Positions 11,373 to 24,739 are shown, numbered from the stretch's first letter. The stretch: 64,000 nucleotides of DNA from Scenedesmus sp. PABB004 (GCA_014905635.1 JABVCE010000013.1:62001-126000), one strand, 5' to 3'. The notes: generated from the sequence alone by a model not told the origin. Numbers and translations: made by a program.

Positions 11373-14300
11373 CCGCCGCCTTGCCGGCTGCGACGATGAC
11401 CTCCGCCGCCGCGCCGCCCGACTTGCTGTCGCGCAGCGTGCCCGCCATCGACTGCTTGGTGGGGCTCTGCGGCGGCGTGTTGGAGGCGCCTGCGGGGGCG
11501 GAGCGCGGCGCGGCGTGAGCGGCGGCGGCGCGAGGCGCGGCGCCCGCCGTGCGCGCGCGCGCGCGGGCGCTCACTGAAGCCCGACGTGCTGCCGCGCTTC
11601 TCGTGCCACAGCTGCTGCGGGTTGGTCATGTGTGCCGCGAGCGCCGAGGCAGCCGCAGACACGCGCGCCGCCGCCGCGACCGCGACCGCGCCCGCCGCGC
11701 TCTGCGTGCGCGACACGAGGTCGCCGCCGCCGCCGGGCGAGCCCGCGCCGCACCCGTCGCCGGGGGGCACGCCCGTGTGCCGCGCCGGCACGGCGACGCT
11801 CAGCCCGGGCGGCGCCCGCGCGGCGCCGTTGCAGGAGCTGGCCGCCGCCTGCGCCGCCGCCGGCGCGGCCGCGGCGCCGCGCGGCGCCGCGGCCGCCGCC
11901 TGCGCCGCGGCCTGCGCCGCGGCCTGCGCCGCCGCCGCCGCCGCGCCCCACGCCGCGCCGCCGTCGGCGTCGCCGGCGTGGGGGCCGCCGCTGGTCTCGT
12001 ACTCCTCCTGCGTGAGCGTGAGCAGCTGGAAGGGCTTGGTCTTGAAGCGCCCATACTCCACGTCCTCCTTGAGGATCATCACGCGCATGAGCACGCGGTC
12101 CATCAGCGCCTCCTGCAGGCCCAGCGCCTGCAGCCCGCGGCGGACGCGCGGGCGCGCGGCGCGGCGGCGGCGTGTGGCGTGTGGGCGCGCGGGCGCGGCG
12201 CGCGGACAGCAGCGCACGGGCGGCGGCGGCGGCGGCGGCGGGCGCACCTGTCCGAGGCCGCTGAGCCACGAGTTGCTGCCGAGCCAGCCGCCAAAGTCGG
12301 CGCGCACGATGCAGGTGACGAGCGTCTGCGGCGAGTCGCGCCCGGTGCGGCCCTCGAGCGCGCTGAGCGTTATGGCGCCCGTGATGCGGCACCGCACGGG
12401 CGTGCGCCACAGCGCCTTGCGCCGCCCGCTGCCGGGGTCGCTGCGCAGCACCGCGCGGTGCGCCTGCGCGCGCGCGCGCGAACGCGGGGCGGGGTGGGGC
12501 GGCGCTCGTCATCGGCTTGCCCGCCGCGCTCGCGCGGCGGCGCCGGCGCGGCGCGTCGATCGCGGCGCGCGGCACGCACCCGCTGCGTGCGCGCGTTGGC
12601 GCGCGCGATCCACTCTGGCTTGACGTCCTCGTCAGGCACGCTGCTGAAGAGCACCGCGTACACGCCCTCCTCGTAGCTCGTCAGAACCTGTGGCCCCGCG
12701 AGCCGCACACGCACGCACGCAGGGCGCGCGTGAGCGGCGCCGGCGCGCGCAGCAGGCGCGCGCGTGCCGCGGGCGCCGCGCAGCGGGGCGCGCGCAGCAG
12801 GGCGTGCCGCGCGCCGCGCCTGGTGCATGAAGGTGTAGCGCGGCGCCGCGAGCACGGTCGCCACGCCCGCGCTGCCGGCGGGGTGGAACACCATGTGCCA
12901 CACCTGCGCCGCGCCGCGCCCGCGCCGCGCCGTCGGCCGCCGCCGCCGGCGGCCTCGCGCCGGGCCCGCCAGGCCCGCCGCCCGGCCCGCCGCCCAGCGC
13001 GCAGCGTGTGCGCGCCTGCATGTCTCCGTTGTCCTCCAGCACCTCCATGAACGCGGCCGTGCTGAGCACGCTGCCGGTCTTGTCGGCCTTGAGCATCAGG
13101 TTGCCCACGCAGCACTCGGGGCTGGCCGCGACCGCCGTGCTCAGCATGTACTCGCCAGACGCCTGGCGGGACAGGGCGCGGGGCGGCGCGGGGCGGCGGG
13201 GCGGCGCGGGGCGGCGGGGCGGGGCGGGGCGGGCGCGCGCGGCGGCGCGCGGTGAGCGGCGGCGGCGGCGGCGGCGCGTCGCCCGCGGCTCGCTCGCGCG
13301 GACGGACGGCCAGCCCACCCGCCGCGCCCCGCCGCGCCCTGGCGCCGCCCGCTGCCCTGCCCAGCCCCTGCCAAGCCCCTGCCCCCGCCCCGCGCGCGCC
13401 TGCGGCATGCCCTCCTCCTGCGGCGTCTGGCGGTAGTAGATGGCCATGCCATTGGCGTGCTTGTACGGCACCCAGCGCACCATGCACTCATCCACGACGA
13501 CGCCGGTGGTGCTGCTGCTGCCCCCGCGCGCGCCGCCGCTGGCCGTGCCCGGCCGCGAGCCGCGCGGCGCCGGCGGCGGCGCACCGGCGAGGCCGGCCAG
13601 GCTGTTGCTGCTGCTCGCGTGCGTCGGCGGGTCGGGGCTGGCGGGGCCGCTGCCCAGCGCCGGCGCGGCCGCAGACAGGCCGCCGCCCTGGCTGCCGCCT
13701 GCGAGGTCCTGGCTGCTGCTGTGCCGGTAGTGGCCGCTGCCGCCCGCCGCGTTGCTGCTGCTGCTGCGGTCCAGCACCAGCTGCGGCGACGGCGAGAGGC
13801 AGTCCGACACGCTCGGCTGCTTGCTCAGGCCGCCGCTGGGCGTGCCCTGCGCACGGGCGCGGCGCCGGCGGCGGCGCACGTGAGCGAGGCGGTCGGCAGG
13901 CGAGCTGCGGCGCCGCTGTCGCCCGCCCGCCGCGCGCGGGGCGCGCACGCCGCGCCGCGCGCCGCGGGCCCGGCGCGAGCCCGCTGCCGCCCCGGCACTG
14001 CCCCGCGCACCTCGGGGCTGTTGTAGGGGCTCGCCCGCGCGCTGCTGCTGCCGCCCGCGGGGCTGTAGGGCGCGCCGGGGACGCCGAGCGCCGCGATGTG
14101 CCCCGCCAGCGCCGCGTGCCACTCCTGCGCCTGCGCGAGGCTCGCAAAGCCGAGCTCCACGACCGAGCCGTGGTGCGGCGCGTACTTGTCGGGCCACTCC
14201 ACGCGGAAGCAGTACTGGCGGGGTGGCCAGGGAGGGCGGGCGCCGGCGTGGGCGGGCGGCCGCCGGCCGGCAGCGCGGCCCCCACCGGCGCAGCGGCGGC

Positions 14301-14702
14301 GCGTGCGGCGAGCCGCGCCGCGCCGCGCGGCGGCCGCCGCGCCGCGCCGCCGGGTGCTCACCAGCTTGAGCACGTTCTTGTCGCGCGCGTAGGCCGACAG
14401 CGCCCTCAGCGGCCCCGCCTTGCGCAGGTGGCGCTCGTGCAGGCGAATGGCGCCCGCGCTGGCCGGCTCCAGCACCGTGCGGCGGTGCAGCGCCCAGAGC
14501 TTGCCGCTGGCGGGGCGCCCCCGGTCGGGCTGGTAGGTCGTGAAGCCTGCGCAGGGCGGCGTGTGAGAGCGGGAGAGGGGAGCAATGCGGCACCTGCTGC
14601 CGCGCCCGCACCGTCTGGGCCCAGAACCACCGCACGCTTCACCACGATGTGCGGCAGCGTCGTCCCCTTGTAGACGGGCGCCTGCAGCAGGGCCCCCTCC
14701 AT
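9431..14702 (-). CDS. EDR2-like protein (PH + START + DUF1336/EDR2_C), multi-exon
   Basis: N-terminal PH-like segment; START-like segments (WVPYKHANGMAIY, CIVRADFGGWL); DUF1336 motifs YSIRGPAYLRDRKKIPA, RNGMFKLIP, VGTTPVILG, YIEVDVDV, LEGQFAHELPESLIG. Apparent 1-nt frameshift near 10983-10988. Confidence 0.9.
9797..9951. repeat. Degenerate (GGGA/GCGA)n simple repeat in an EDR2-like intron
   Basis: Read directly; forms a C/T-rich tract on the transcript strand just before the acceptor. Confidence 0.85.
11293..11370 (-). repeat. Perfect (CAG)26 encoding poly-Q in the EDR2-like linker
   Basis: 78 nt of uninterrupted CTG on the + strand. Confidence 0.95.
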
Positions 14703-15045
14703 CGCTCACCACCCACCGCGCAGGCGAGCGCGCGCTCAGGCGCCCATGCTGGGGGCACGGGAAGCAGAGAAGACAGACGGAGACGGCCGCGCGGTCCGCG
14801 GGGGCGATGGCTCGACTGCGCCGCGCACAGCGGCGGCGTGCCCACGCGGTGCGGCGCGGTTTTGATGTGCTGCCAGCCCGTCCGCTGCCGCCGTGCGAGG
14901 GGCTCATAGTGCACTGGTATCCGCGCCCGCGCAATCGCACGTGCCGCGCCGCCAACCCACGTCCGCCGCGCAGCGGACGCACGCACGCGCTGCCGCCGCC
15001 AAGCGCCTGCGAGCCGGCCCGCGTCCGCGCAGGCTTCCCTCCAGC

Positions 15046-16661
15046 ATGCTGCGGGCGGGCGGGCGAGCAGCCGGACCGCCGCAGGCCGCGGCGCGGGCCG
15101 GCAGCAGCGCCTCGTCGGCGCCCACCCCGCCGCGGCCGCTGCGCGCCGCCGCGCCCCGCGCCCCACACGAGGCGGGCTGCGCCCCGCAGCCTGACAGGTG
15201 CGCCGCCGTGGCCCCGCACCGGGCGCCGGCGGCGGTCGCGGCCGGGCGGCGGTCGCGGAGGACAGCGCGCCGGCGGCGCGCATGCATGCCCTTCCCCCCT
15301 GCCCTCACCTCCGCCGCCGCCGCTGCAGGGAGGGCGAGCAGCCGCAGCGGCGGCCGCGGGAGCCGCAGCAGCAGCTGCAGCAGCGCTGGCCCGCGGCCCC
15401 TGCCGCGGCAGGCGGCGCCTTGACCGGCGGCGCCCGCCAGCGGCGCCGCGCGGCGCTGGCGCTGGGCCGGCCGCGGGCCTGCGGCGGCGACGCCGGCGAG
15501 CGCCCGCCGCCGGAGCCGCCGGCCGCGAGCGGCGCGCCGCCCGCGCGCGCGGGCGGCGGCGCCGCGCCGGGGCCCGACCCGGAGCCGCCCGCGCTGGGCG
15601 AACGCAAGCCGGCGGCGGCCACCGGCGGCGACGAGGAGCTGGACGTGGAGGCGGCGGTCGACGCGATGCTGGACCGCACGTGGCAGGGGCTGAAGCGCGA
15701 CCTCAAGAAGGAGCTCTCGCCCGAGCAGGCGGCGATGCTGGACAGCTGGCGCGTGAGCGACATCCAGAGCGACCGCGTGTTCCGGGACATCGCGGAGCAG
15801 CAGCTCGGCCCCATCCTCGAGGCGCGCGCCGCCGCCGCGCCACGCGCCGCCGCCGCACACACGCCGCCGCCGCCGCCCGCGCCGCGCGCGAGCCACAACG
15901 CAACCAGCCGCCGCCCGCGCGCCCGCCCGCCCGCCCGCACGCGCGCGCGCGCTCGCATCACATCGCACCACACCACAGCTCATGGGCATCCGCGAGGACC
16001 CCTACGACTTTTTTGTCGACCTCTTCAAGACCGCGCTCGCGCTGCAGCTGCTCAGCGGCGGCCTCGCCTTCTACGGCGCGCAGCTCGGCGCGGGGCTCGA
16101 CGCCGGCGGCGCGCTGCGCTGCGTCGCGGGGCTCGCGCTCGGCTACGGGCTGCGGCTGGGCATCAAGATCGAGCAGCTCGTGCGCGCCACGCTGCCGCCG
16201 GGCGCGGCGCCGCGCCTTAGGCGCCGCGCGCGGGCCGCCCCGCCCGCTGACGTCGCCGCCCCGCGCCGTCCCTCGCCCCCCGCCGCGCCAGGCGTGGCCG
16301 ATGTACAACGCGGTGGTGCAGCTGCTCCTCCGCGGCGACGCGGTGTACGAGGTGCCGCGCGCGACGCCCGAGGAGCGGCGCGACACGCTCAACCGCCTTG
16401 GCCTCGCCGTCGGCGCGGCGCTCGTGCTGCCCAAGGCCGCCCTCGGCTGGACCAACGACGAGTGCGCGCAGGTGTGCGGCGCGGCGCCGCGGCGGCGCGC
16501 GCGCACGCGCCGCCCGCGAGTGGCGGCGCGTGCCGACGGGGGCGCGCGCGCTGCACGCGCGCCAGATGGTGCTGCCGATGCTGGCGGGGCTGTTTTGCTT
16601 CGACTTGGCCTACATCGCCGCGCTGCTCATCAAGCTCTGGGGCCACGAGGACCGGCAGTGA
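15046..16661 (+). CDS. Unknown multi-pass membrane protein with organelle-targeting-like N-terminus, about 5 exons
   Basis: MLRAGGRAAG... (R/A/S-rich); spliced core ELDVEAAVDAMLDRTW...LMGIREDPYDFFVDLFKTALALQLL...MVLPMLAGLFCFDLAYIAALLIKLWGHEDRQ*. About four hydrophobic segments; frames are consistent across splice sites. Confidence 0.8.
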
Positions 16662-16964
16662 CCCCCGGGGCGCGCACCCGGGCGCTGCAGCTGCCGCCCG
16701 TGTGTGCTGTCCATGCCGTGGTCGGTGTGTCGCGGCGGCTGGGCGGGCGGCGTGACATGCGGGCGCGTTGCATGCGTGCACAATGCAACCAAAGCCAAAA
16801 CCAACAACTACGACCCGCGGGCAGAAGAGAGCCGATCGAAAACATACACGCGGGTGGGGCCGCCCGCCTAGAGTCACATCACATACGCAGCACACCAGGG
16901 GGAGTGGGGCGGTGGTACACGCAGGCCGGTCAACGCCTTGCCCCAGCCAAGGCGTAGGAACGCC

Positions 16965-16969
16965 TGTAA
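16965..16969 (+). promoter_or_regulatory. UGUAA polyadenylation signal
   Basis: TGTAA about 300 nt after the stop at 16661, in a relatively AT-rich patch. Confidence 0.6.
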
Positions 16970-17273
16970 TAGTTTTGGTCACCCACACACGCAGCCCCAG
17001 TGCCCCCGCGGCCCGCCGCTAAGTCGGTGCACGCCCGCCCGTGTCTCCGCCCCGCCGCCGGCCCCGCTGCGCAGTTCTGGTCGCAAGAGGGCACACAAGA
17101 GGGCACACGCCTGGAGAGGGCACAGGCGCCTGCCGGCCTGGAAAAACCCGGTGCGCCTGCAGTGTTTCGTCGCAAGCGGAGATGCAGGGGCAGCAGTAGA
17201 GTCGGCGTGCAAGTGACAAATGCTGCGGCCACGAGGGGGCCACCACCAACGCGGCACGACTGCTGAGCGCGGC

Positions 17274-19459
17274 TCACGCGCCCGCCAGCTGCATCAGGCC
17301 TGCGGGGGCACGGGCGGGCGGGGCCGAGGGCGTGAGCGCGGGGCGGCTGCGGCGGCGCCCGGAGCGCGGCCAAGCGGCGCCGCGCAGGCACACGCCGCAC
17401 CTGCCACGGCCTCGAGCTCCAGCGCCTGCGTCTCCCCCGCGTCGTGCTGCGCCGTGCGGTGCGGTTCCTGCTGGTCCGCACGATGCAAGCTCGCCTGGTG
17501 CGCCTGGTGCGCCTGGTGCGTCTGAACCTGCTGCGCCGCGAGCAGCTGCTGCACCTGCACCACGAGTGCGCCTGCAGGTGCCGGTGCCGGCCACAGCTGC
17601 AGCACGCCCGGCGCAGCCTGCCGCCGCTGCTGCTGCGCCGCCTGCACCTGCAGCTGCGCCAGCGCACGCGCCTGCGCCTGCGCCAGCACCGCGGCCTGCA
17701 CCTGCGGCGACAGCTGCTGCTGCGCCGCCGGCTGGGGGCCTGGCGGCTGGGGTCGCTCGGCCGCCTGCTGCTGCGCTGGCCGCGCCGCCTGCGGCGGCAT
17801 GAAGAGAGGCAGCAGCTCTGGCGTGGCTGCCGCCAGCTGCTGCTGCGGCTGCTGCGGCTGCTGCTGCGGCAGTGGCGGGTGCGGCGGCTGCGTCCCCTCC
17901 TGCTTCAGCGCGGGCGGCGGACCCGCCGCCTGCTGCGGCGTGGCCGGCGCCGCGGCGCCGGCCATGCGCTGCAGCCAGGACTGCGGGCCCTCGGCGCGCG
18001 GCCGCCGCGCCGGCAGCTGGTGCAGTGCCGGCGGCGGCGCCGGCGGCTGCCAGGGGCCGGTCTCGGCCGCCTCAACCGCGTCGGCCGCCACCGCCGCCGC
18101 GACGGCCGACGCCAGCGCCGCGTCAGCGGTCGCCTGCTGCTGCCGCCGGCGCTGCACCTGCTGGCGGCGGCGCGCCAGCTGCTGCTGCCAGATGCGCCGC
18201 GCGAGCGCGCCCGACAGCGCCTGGGCGGCCTGGTGCTGCTGCTTGCTCCTTGCCTTGTGCTGCAGCGCCTGCTGCTGCAGCGCCTGCTGCTGCAGCGCGT
18301 GCTGCTGCAGCGCCTGCTGCTGCAGCGCGTGCTGCTGCAGCGCCTGCTGCTGCAGCGCGTGCTGCTGCAGCGCGTGCTGCTGCAGCGCGTGCTGCTGCAG
18401 GACCGCCTGCTGCTGCAGCAGGAGCGCCATGCCGCCGCCGCCCGCCAGCCACGGCCCCGCCGGCACCGCCCAAAACTGCTGCTGCGCCTGCTGCTGCTGC
18501 TGCTGCTGCTGCGATGGCGGCGCGGCGTGCGATGGCGTAAGCGGCTCCTCGCTCTGGTTGAACGCGGCCTGCACGGCCAGCCGCGCCTGCGCGCCGCCTG
18601 GGCTGCCCGGCTCGCCCGGCTGGGGCGGCGCCGCCGCGCCGCCGGCAGGCGCGCCCGCCGCAGGCCCGCCCGGCTGCCCCGGCGCAAACGGCAGCGCGGC
18701 GTGCTGCAGGCCCAGCCGGGGCGTCGCCGTGCTGCTGCTGCTGCTGTCGCTGCCGGCCTCGCGCGGCGGCGGGGCGGCCGCCGGGCCCGGCGGCGCCGCG
18801 GCCGGGCGCGCCAGCGAGTCGGGCGGGCTGTGCAGCCCGTCGCCCGCCCGCCGGCGCTTGGCGTCCTGCCCTGCCGCTGCGGGTGCGGGCTCCGCGCCGG
18901 GCGCGGCCACGCCCGTGCCCGGCCGCAGCGTGCCCCCGCCCGTCGGCGGGACGCACGCGGCGCCGGCGGGGCCCAGCCCCTCCGCCCGCCCTGGCGACGC
19001 CTGCATCTGAGCGAGGGCGCGCTTCGTCAGCAGGCCCTGCAGGAGCGGCAGCTGCGCGTGCTGCGCCGCCGCTGCCGCCGGCGCCGGCGCCTGCTGCGCC
19101 AGCGTGCCGAGCCGGCCCGCCTGCCGGCTGAGCAGGCCCTGCAGCTGAGCGATGGCCGCCGCCTGCTGCTGGTGCAGCACCACGGTCGGCGACATTGAGC
19201 GCTGTGCCGCGGCCTGCTGCCCGGGGAGCGGCGGCGGTTGCGGCGACGCGTGCGCGGCGCTTGACGCCAGCGGCGACGCGGCGCCGCCACCGCTGCCGGC
19301 GAGCGGGGCGGCCATCGCGGCCGGCGCCTCCTCCAGCCAGGGCAGGCCCGTGCCGCGGTCGCGCGTCGCTGCCTCGGCGTGCGCGGCGCCGGCGCGCGCC
19401 GCCGCGAGCGGGGCAGCAGGCAGTGCTGCCTCCCGCACTGCTCCGGCGTCGGTGGTCAT
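17274..19459 (-). CDS. Q/A/P-rich low-complexity protein, possibly a nuclear regulator; intron 17300-17400
   Basis: Long ORF with coding-like CAG/GCG/CTG usage and an NLS-like AKRRR. A GT-AG intron gives the C-terminus LELEAVAGLMQLAGA*. No globular domain recognised. Confidence 0.65.
18258..18400 (-). repeat. 15-nt coding tandem repeat, (ALQQH/Q) about 9-10 copies
   Basis: Unit ctgcagcgc[c/g]tgctg repeated on the + strand. Confidence 0.9.
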
Positions 19460-19875
19460 GCCGACTCAGGCGCTAGGCGCCTCGGGCGCCTCGCTCGCCG
19501 CGCATGGGCAAGGGCTGTTCGGAAAGCGCGCCGCGGCAGGCCTGGCGCCGCAGGCACACGGCTTGCGAAGCTTGCGAAAGCTGCGAGCAAGCCCGGGAGT
19601 CCGCCCGGGACCGGCCGCGCGGGCGCGGGCCGAAACGGCCGGGCGCTGCTCGAGGGCCAGCAGCGCCGGGGGTGCGGTCGGGGTGGCTGCCGGTGCCAGA
19701 GAGCGCGCGCGGGCTGGCCGGGCGCTGCGCATCGCTGCGGAGGTGTTTCGACCGGCGAAGCTGAACCGTCGCGGTTCAAGCGACGCGACGCAAACCTTGG
19801 AGCGCCGGGCCCCTACGGCTAGCCCTCCCCCCCCACGCCCACGCCCCGCCCGCCGCCGCCCCCGCCGCCCACGTT

Positions 19876-22800
19876 TCACAGCTCCTCGTCGAGGCCCTCG
19901 CCCCAGTCCTCCTCGAGGTCGATGCCGGCCGCGTCGCCGCCGGCGCCGGGCGCGCCGCCGAGGTCGTCGTCGTCAAAGTCAAAGTCGTCCTCGCCGCCCC
20001 CAAACGCAGCCGCCGCCGCGGCCGCCGGCGCCGCGGCCGGCGGCGCGGGCGGCGGCGGCGGCGCGGGCGCGGCCGGCGGCGCGGGCATGAACGTCGGCGG
20101 CGCCGCGGGCGCCGGCCCCGGCGGCGCCGGCACAAAGCTCGGCGGCGGCGGCGCGGCGCCGCCGCCCGAGCTGCCGTGCTGCGGCGCGGGCGGCGGCGGC
20201 GGGTGCTGCTGCGGCTGGTGCGGCGCGCCGCCAAACGCCGCGTGCGTCGGCGGCGGCGGCGGCGGCGCGGCTGGCTCCGGCTCGGGCTCCGCGAACAGCT
20301 CGTCGTCGTCCTCCTCCTCCTCGGGCTCGGGCGGCTGCTGCGGCGCCACCGGCGCCGGCGGCGTGGGCGCGGGCGGCGCGGGCGCGGGCGGCGCGGGCGG
20401 CGCGTGGAGCGCGGCCGCGCCCCCGTTCGCGTCGGCCTGCGCGGGCGCGCCATGCGGCGTGGGGCCGGGTGAGGCGGCGGGCCGCGCGGCCGAGCCGGGC
20501 GGCGGGCGGCGGCGCCGGGCGCGGCGGGCAGCGGCGGGCGCTCACCCACTGCGCGCCGCCGGCGCCGCCGTCGCTGATGCCCAGCACCGCGAGCTGCTCC
20601 GCGAGGGTGTCCGCGAGCGCGCCCGCCGCCGCGAGCCCCGCAAACGCGCGCCCCGGCTGCCGCGCGACCGCGGCCTGCGCCGCCGCCGCCGCCGCCTCGA
20701 GCTCCACCGCCTCCTGCGCGGCGCGCCGTGGGCGGGCGCGGGCGGCGCGCCGTGGTGGGCGGCGCGGCGCGCAGGCCTCGCGCCGGCGGCGTCGCCGCGC
20801 CCGCAGTCACCCCCTGCCTCACCGTGAGGCCGGGGAAGAGGTTGGGGTACTCCCCCGGGTCCGCCAGCGCGTCGGCGGCCTTGGGGTTGACGCCCGCCAG
20901 GTCCTTCTTCCACTCCTGGCGGCACAGCGCCGCGCACGCACGCGTGCGGGGAGGGGGGGGGGGGGGGGGGGACCAGCCAGTCAGTCGGTCGCCGGCGGCC
21001 GGGCGGCCAGACGGGCGGCCAGATGGGCGGGCGGACAGTGCCTCGGCCCCGCAGCCGCGGCGCGCCGCGCCGCACCTTGACCGGGTCGCTCATCGCGCTG
21101 GGCAGGTAGGCGCGCGCCATCATGGCGGCCTCGGGCAGCCGCCCGCTCTCCATCAGCAGCGACACGCAGCGCTCGACCTGGCGGTGCGGCGCGGCGCGGC
21201 GCGGCGCGGCGCGGGCTGTGACGCGAGGCCGGCCGCGCGCGGCGCGCGCGGCGGGCTGCCCGCGCGCAATCCGCCTGCTGCTCCTCCGGGCGGGGCCGGC
21301 GCACCTGGCCGAGCATGAAGAGACAGACAAAGGCGACGTTGTGCTTGCCCGCCGCCAGCGAGGCGTCCAGTAGCTTGGTCAGGCCCGCACGGTCGCCCTG
21401 CGCCGGCGCGCGCGCATCGCGTCGGCAGGCGCCGCCGGCGGCGCAGCAGCGCGCCCGCCGGCGCCCCGCGGCGCGGCGCGGCGAGGGCGGCCCCGGCCCG
21501 GGCGCCGCGCCTTTGCCGCAGCCATGAGCAGCAGGCCGCTCATGTCCTCCGCCTTCTCCAGGCAGTCGCTCGCAAGGTCCAGCTGGCCGCGGCTCAGCGC
21601 CAGCTCGCCTGCGCGCACGCGCGCGGGCCGCCGGGCGCGTGCGTGGGCGCGCGGCGGACGGCAGCCGGGGCGAGCGGCGGCGCGCCCGCGCGGCGGGGCG
21701 TCGAGCCCGCGCGGCGGCCGGCTGCGCACCCAGCTGGCGCCACTTGGCGGGCGTGTCGAGCGAGGCGGCGATGCCCGCGGCGACCTCCAGGTCGCCCAGC
21801 TGGATGGCCAGCTCAAACCTGGGGGGAGAGGACGCGGCGCGCGGCGGCGGCGGTGAGCGCGCGCGCTCGGCAGCAGCGGCCCGGCTGCGAGGCGCCAGCC
21901 CTGCGCCGCGCGCCCGCGGCGGCGCCCGCGGGCGCGGCGCGCGCGCGCGCGCTGTGTCTGCCGTGTCCGCGCCTGTAGTCCTGGTCGGTCGCGATGTCGA
22001 GCGCCTCCTGCACGAGGCCGCGCGCCTCGAGGAAGCGCGCGAGCCCGTTGCGCTGCTCCGCGGGGATGCCCGGCAGCAGGCCGAGCGCGTCGGACAGCTG
22101 GTCGCGCATGACGAGCGTCTTGAACTCGATCAGGCTCAGCAGCAGCGTGTAGGACACGATCGAAAACTCCCTGCAGGACACGGCCCGCGACGGACGGGCG
22201 GCGCGGCGCGCGCGGCGGCGCGGTGAGCGTGTTGCGGGCGGCGACGGCCGCGCCTCCCCGACGCCGCCGCGGCGCGGGCCCGCCGCGGCGCCGGCACGAA
22301 CACACGGCGGCAGCAGCCGCTGGGCAGCTGAGCAGCGGCGGCGCGCGCCTGTCGATGAGGTAGACGCGGCTCTGCGCAGCGAGGTAGCCAAGGAGGTAGA
22401 GCGGCTTGTCGAGGTGGAAGAGCGTCGTGACCTCGCCGCCAACGCAGTAGTTGAGCCGCCACGCAGCGTTGTTGTAGATGAAGCAGTCGCCCACCCACAG
22501 CCCCGTGCTGCGGCGGAGGCGCGGAGCGGCGCCGGGCGCGGCGTCGGGTGCGGCGGCGCGGCGGCGCGGCGGCGGCACAGCGGAGACGGGCCGGCGGCGC
22601 GGCGGCGAGCGAGCAGTGCTCGCGGGCGCGGGCGGGCGGCCCTGCCGTGCGCACCGGATCTTCTCGGGCACCTCCGCCACGAGCTCAAACGCGTCCTCCA
22701 GCCCGTCCTCGTCGACCTCGCCGCCCGCCGCAAACGCGGCGTCCACGGCGGCACGGTTGAACTGCGCGGCGCGGCGCGGGAGGTTCAGTGTGAAGAGCGC

Positions 22801-24739
22801 GGCGGGCGCGGGCTCGCGACAGGCGCCCCGAGGTGCCCCGGCGGGCGGCGGCGGCGCGCCTGGAGGATGTAGAAGCTCGAGTCGCCCGCGATGGCCACGA
22901 GCTCGCCGTTGTCGCTCCACAGCACCTCGCGCACCGCGCCGACGTCGATGCGCCGCACGAGGCGGCCCTCGTCCCAGTCGTAGAAGCACACAAAGTCGGC
23001 GCCGCGCACGCCTGGCGCGGCGCGGCGCGGCGCGGCGCGGCGCGGCGGGGCGCGCGTGAGCGCGAGAGGCCCGCGCCGCCGCCGCCGCCGCTGCCGCCGC
23101 CGGGCGCGGCCGCGCCGCGCCGGCGCCGCGCCCGCGCCGCCGCCGCCGGCGCCGCGGCCGCGCACCGACGAGCGCGCCGCCGTGGATGCCCTCGACCGCG
23201 TACTCGATCTTGAGCGCCGCGCGCTCCGCAAAGTTCTTGTGGATCTTGATGCGGCTCCCGCCCTCGCGCACCGCATAGTCGGTCGACTCGGCGCTCCACG
23301 CAAACTCCATCGCGCTGCGCGCCGCGGCGGGCGACGAACCTAAGGTCGCGCGCTCGCCCGCCCGCCCGCCCGCGCGCCCGGCGTGCCCCGAGTGCAGCGC
23401 AGCCCCTCCGCGGCGGCGGCGGCGGCGGGGGGGGCGCGCGGCGTGCGCGGTCCGGCGCGGGGGCGCACCTGCCGAAGCTCTTGTTGCGCCACGCGAGCGC
23501 GGTGTAGACCACATACTCGCCGTCGCCGCACACCGTCACGAAGCGGCCGTTGGGGTTGTGCTTCAGGCTCTGCGGCGTGCCGCGGCGCGACGTAAGCGCG
23601 GCTGCTCGGCCGGCCGCCGCGAGCCCTCCCGCGCGGCGCGGCGCGGCAGGGCGCGGCGCTGCCCCGCGCGACGCCCCGTGCCGCGCGCGCGCGTGCGGGG
23701 CGTGCCTGCGGGTAGAGGTCGCAGGCGCCGAGGTCCTTGACCGCGAGGGGGAGGCGCTCGCCGTCGACGAGCTCGTAGTCGGCGCCGAGGCTCTTCACGT
23801 TGACGGTCTGGATCTCGTTGTGCCGCGCCCAGATGATCTTGCCGCTCGCGTCCATCGACGCGACCGGCTCCTCGCGGCCTGTGGCAGCAGCGGCGCGGCG
23901 CGGCGCGTGAGGCCGGCGGCGGCGGCGGGCAGCGGGCAGCGAGGGGCCCCGCGGCACGCCACAGCCGTGGCGTGCGCGGCCGCGCGCCGCGCCCGCGCGG
24001 CGCACCGATCTTGACGACCGCGACGCCCTCGTCGAAGCCGAGCGCGACGCTGTTGCTGCCCTTGATGACGCCGATGGCCCAGATGCGCTCCATGCCGTAG
24101 TTGAGCGTGTTCTCAAGCCTTGACACCGGGCGGCGGCGGCGGCGGCGCGGGGCGGCGCGAGGGAGACCGCATGTGAGCGTGTGTGTGTATGGACGGCGTG
24201 CGAGAGCGCGGCGGCGGACTGGGGCTGCCCCGCGGCGAGGCGCCGGTGGGGGCGGGGGCAGGGGCGCCGCCGGCGCCGGTGCTGGCGCGCGGCCGCACCG
24301 GTAGGTCGTCGCGTGCCACATCTTGACGCAGCCGTCCTCGCTCGCGCTGAGGATGATGGGCAGCTCAGGGTGGAACGCGACGGCGCTGATGTTGTGCGCG
24401 TGGCCCTCGAGTGTGTGCACGCAGGCCTTGGTCTGGTAGTCCCACACCTTGATCAGCCGGTCGTCCGCGCCCGACACCAGGAACGGACGGTCGCCGCCTG
24501 GGCCGCGGCGGCGCGGGCGCGGCGGGGGGCCGCGGCGCTGAGGCGGCGCGGCGGCGCAGGGCGGGGCGGCCGCCCCGGGAGCCGCGCGCGACGCCCGGCC
24601 GTCCCGCGCGGTGCCCGGCCGCGCACCCGTGAAGTAGTCGACGCAGTTCACGCCCTTCTCGTGCCCCTCGAGCGTGAAGTTGGGCAGCGGCTGGCCCAGG
24701 CTCCACACCTGCGCGCGCGCCGCCACGGCCGTGAGCGGG

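Noticed and set aside
17088..17125. Triple direct repeat gagggcaca in convergent 3' UTRs; also gcttgcgaa repeats at 19561-19592
   Set aside because: Too short to assign a function; compatible with replication slippage.
17799..19010. Cys-rich (CCCSA)n metallothionein- or keratin-like ORF on the + strand
   Set aside because: It is the antisense reading of CAG-rich poly-Q codons of the minus-strand gene.
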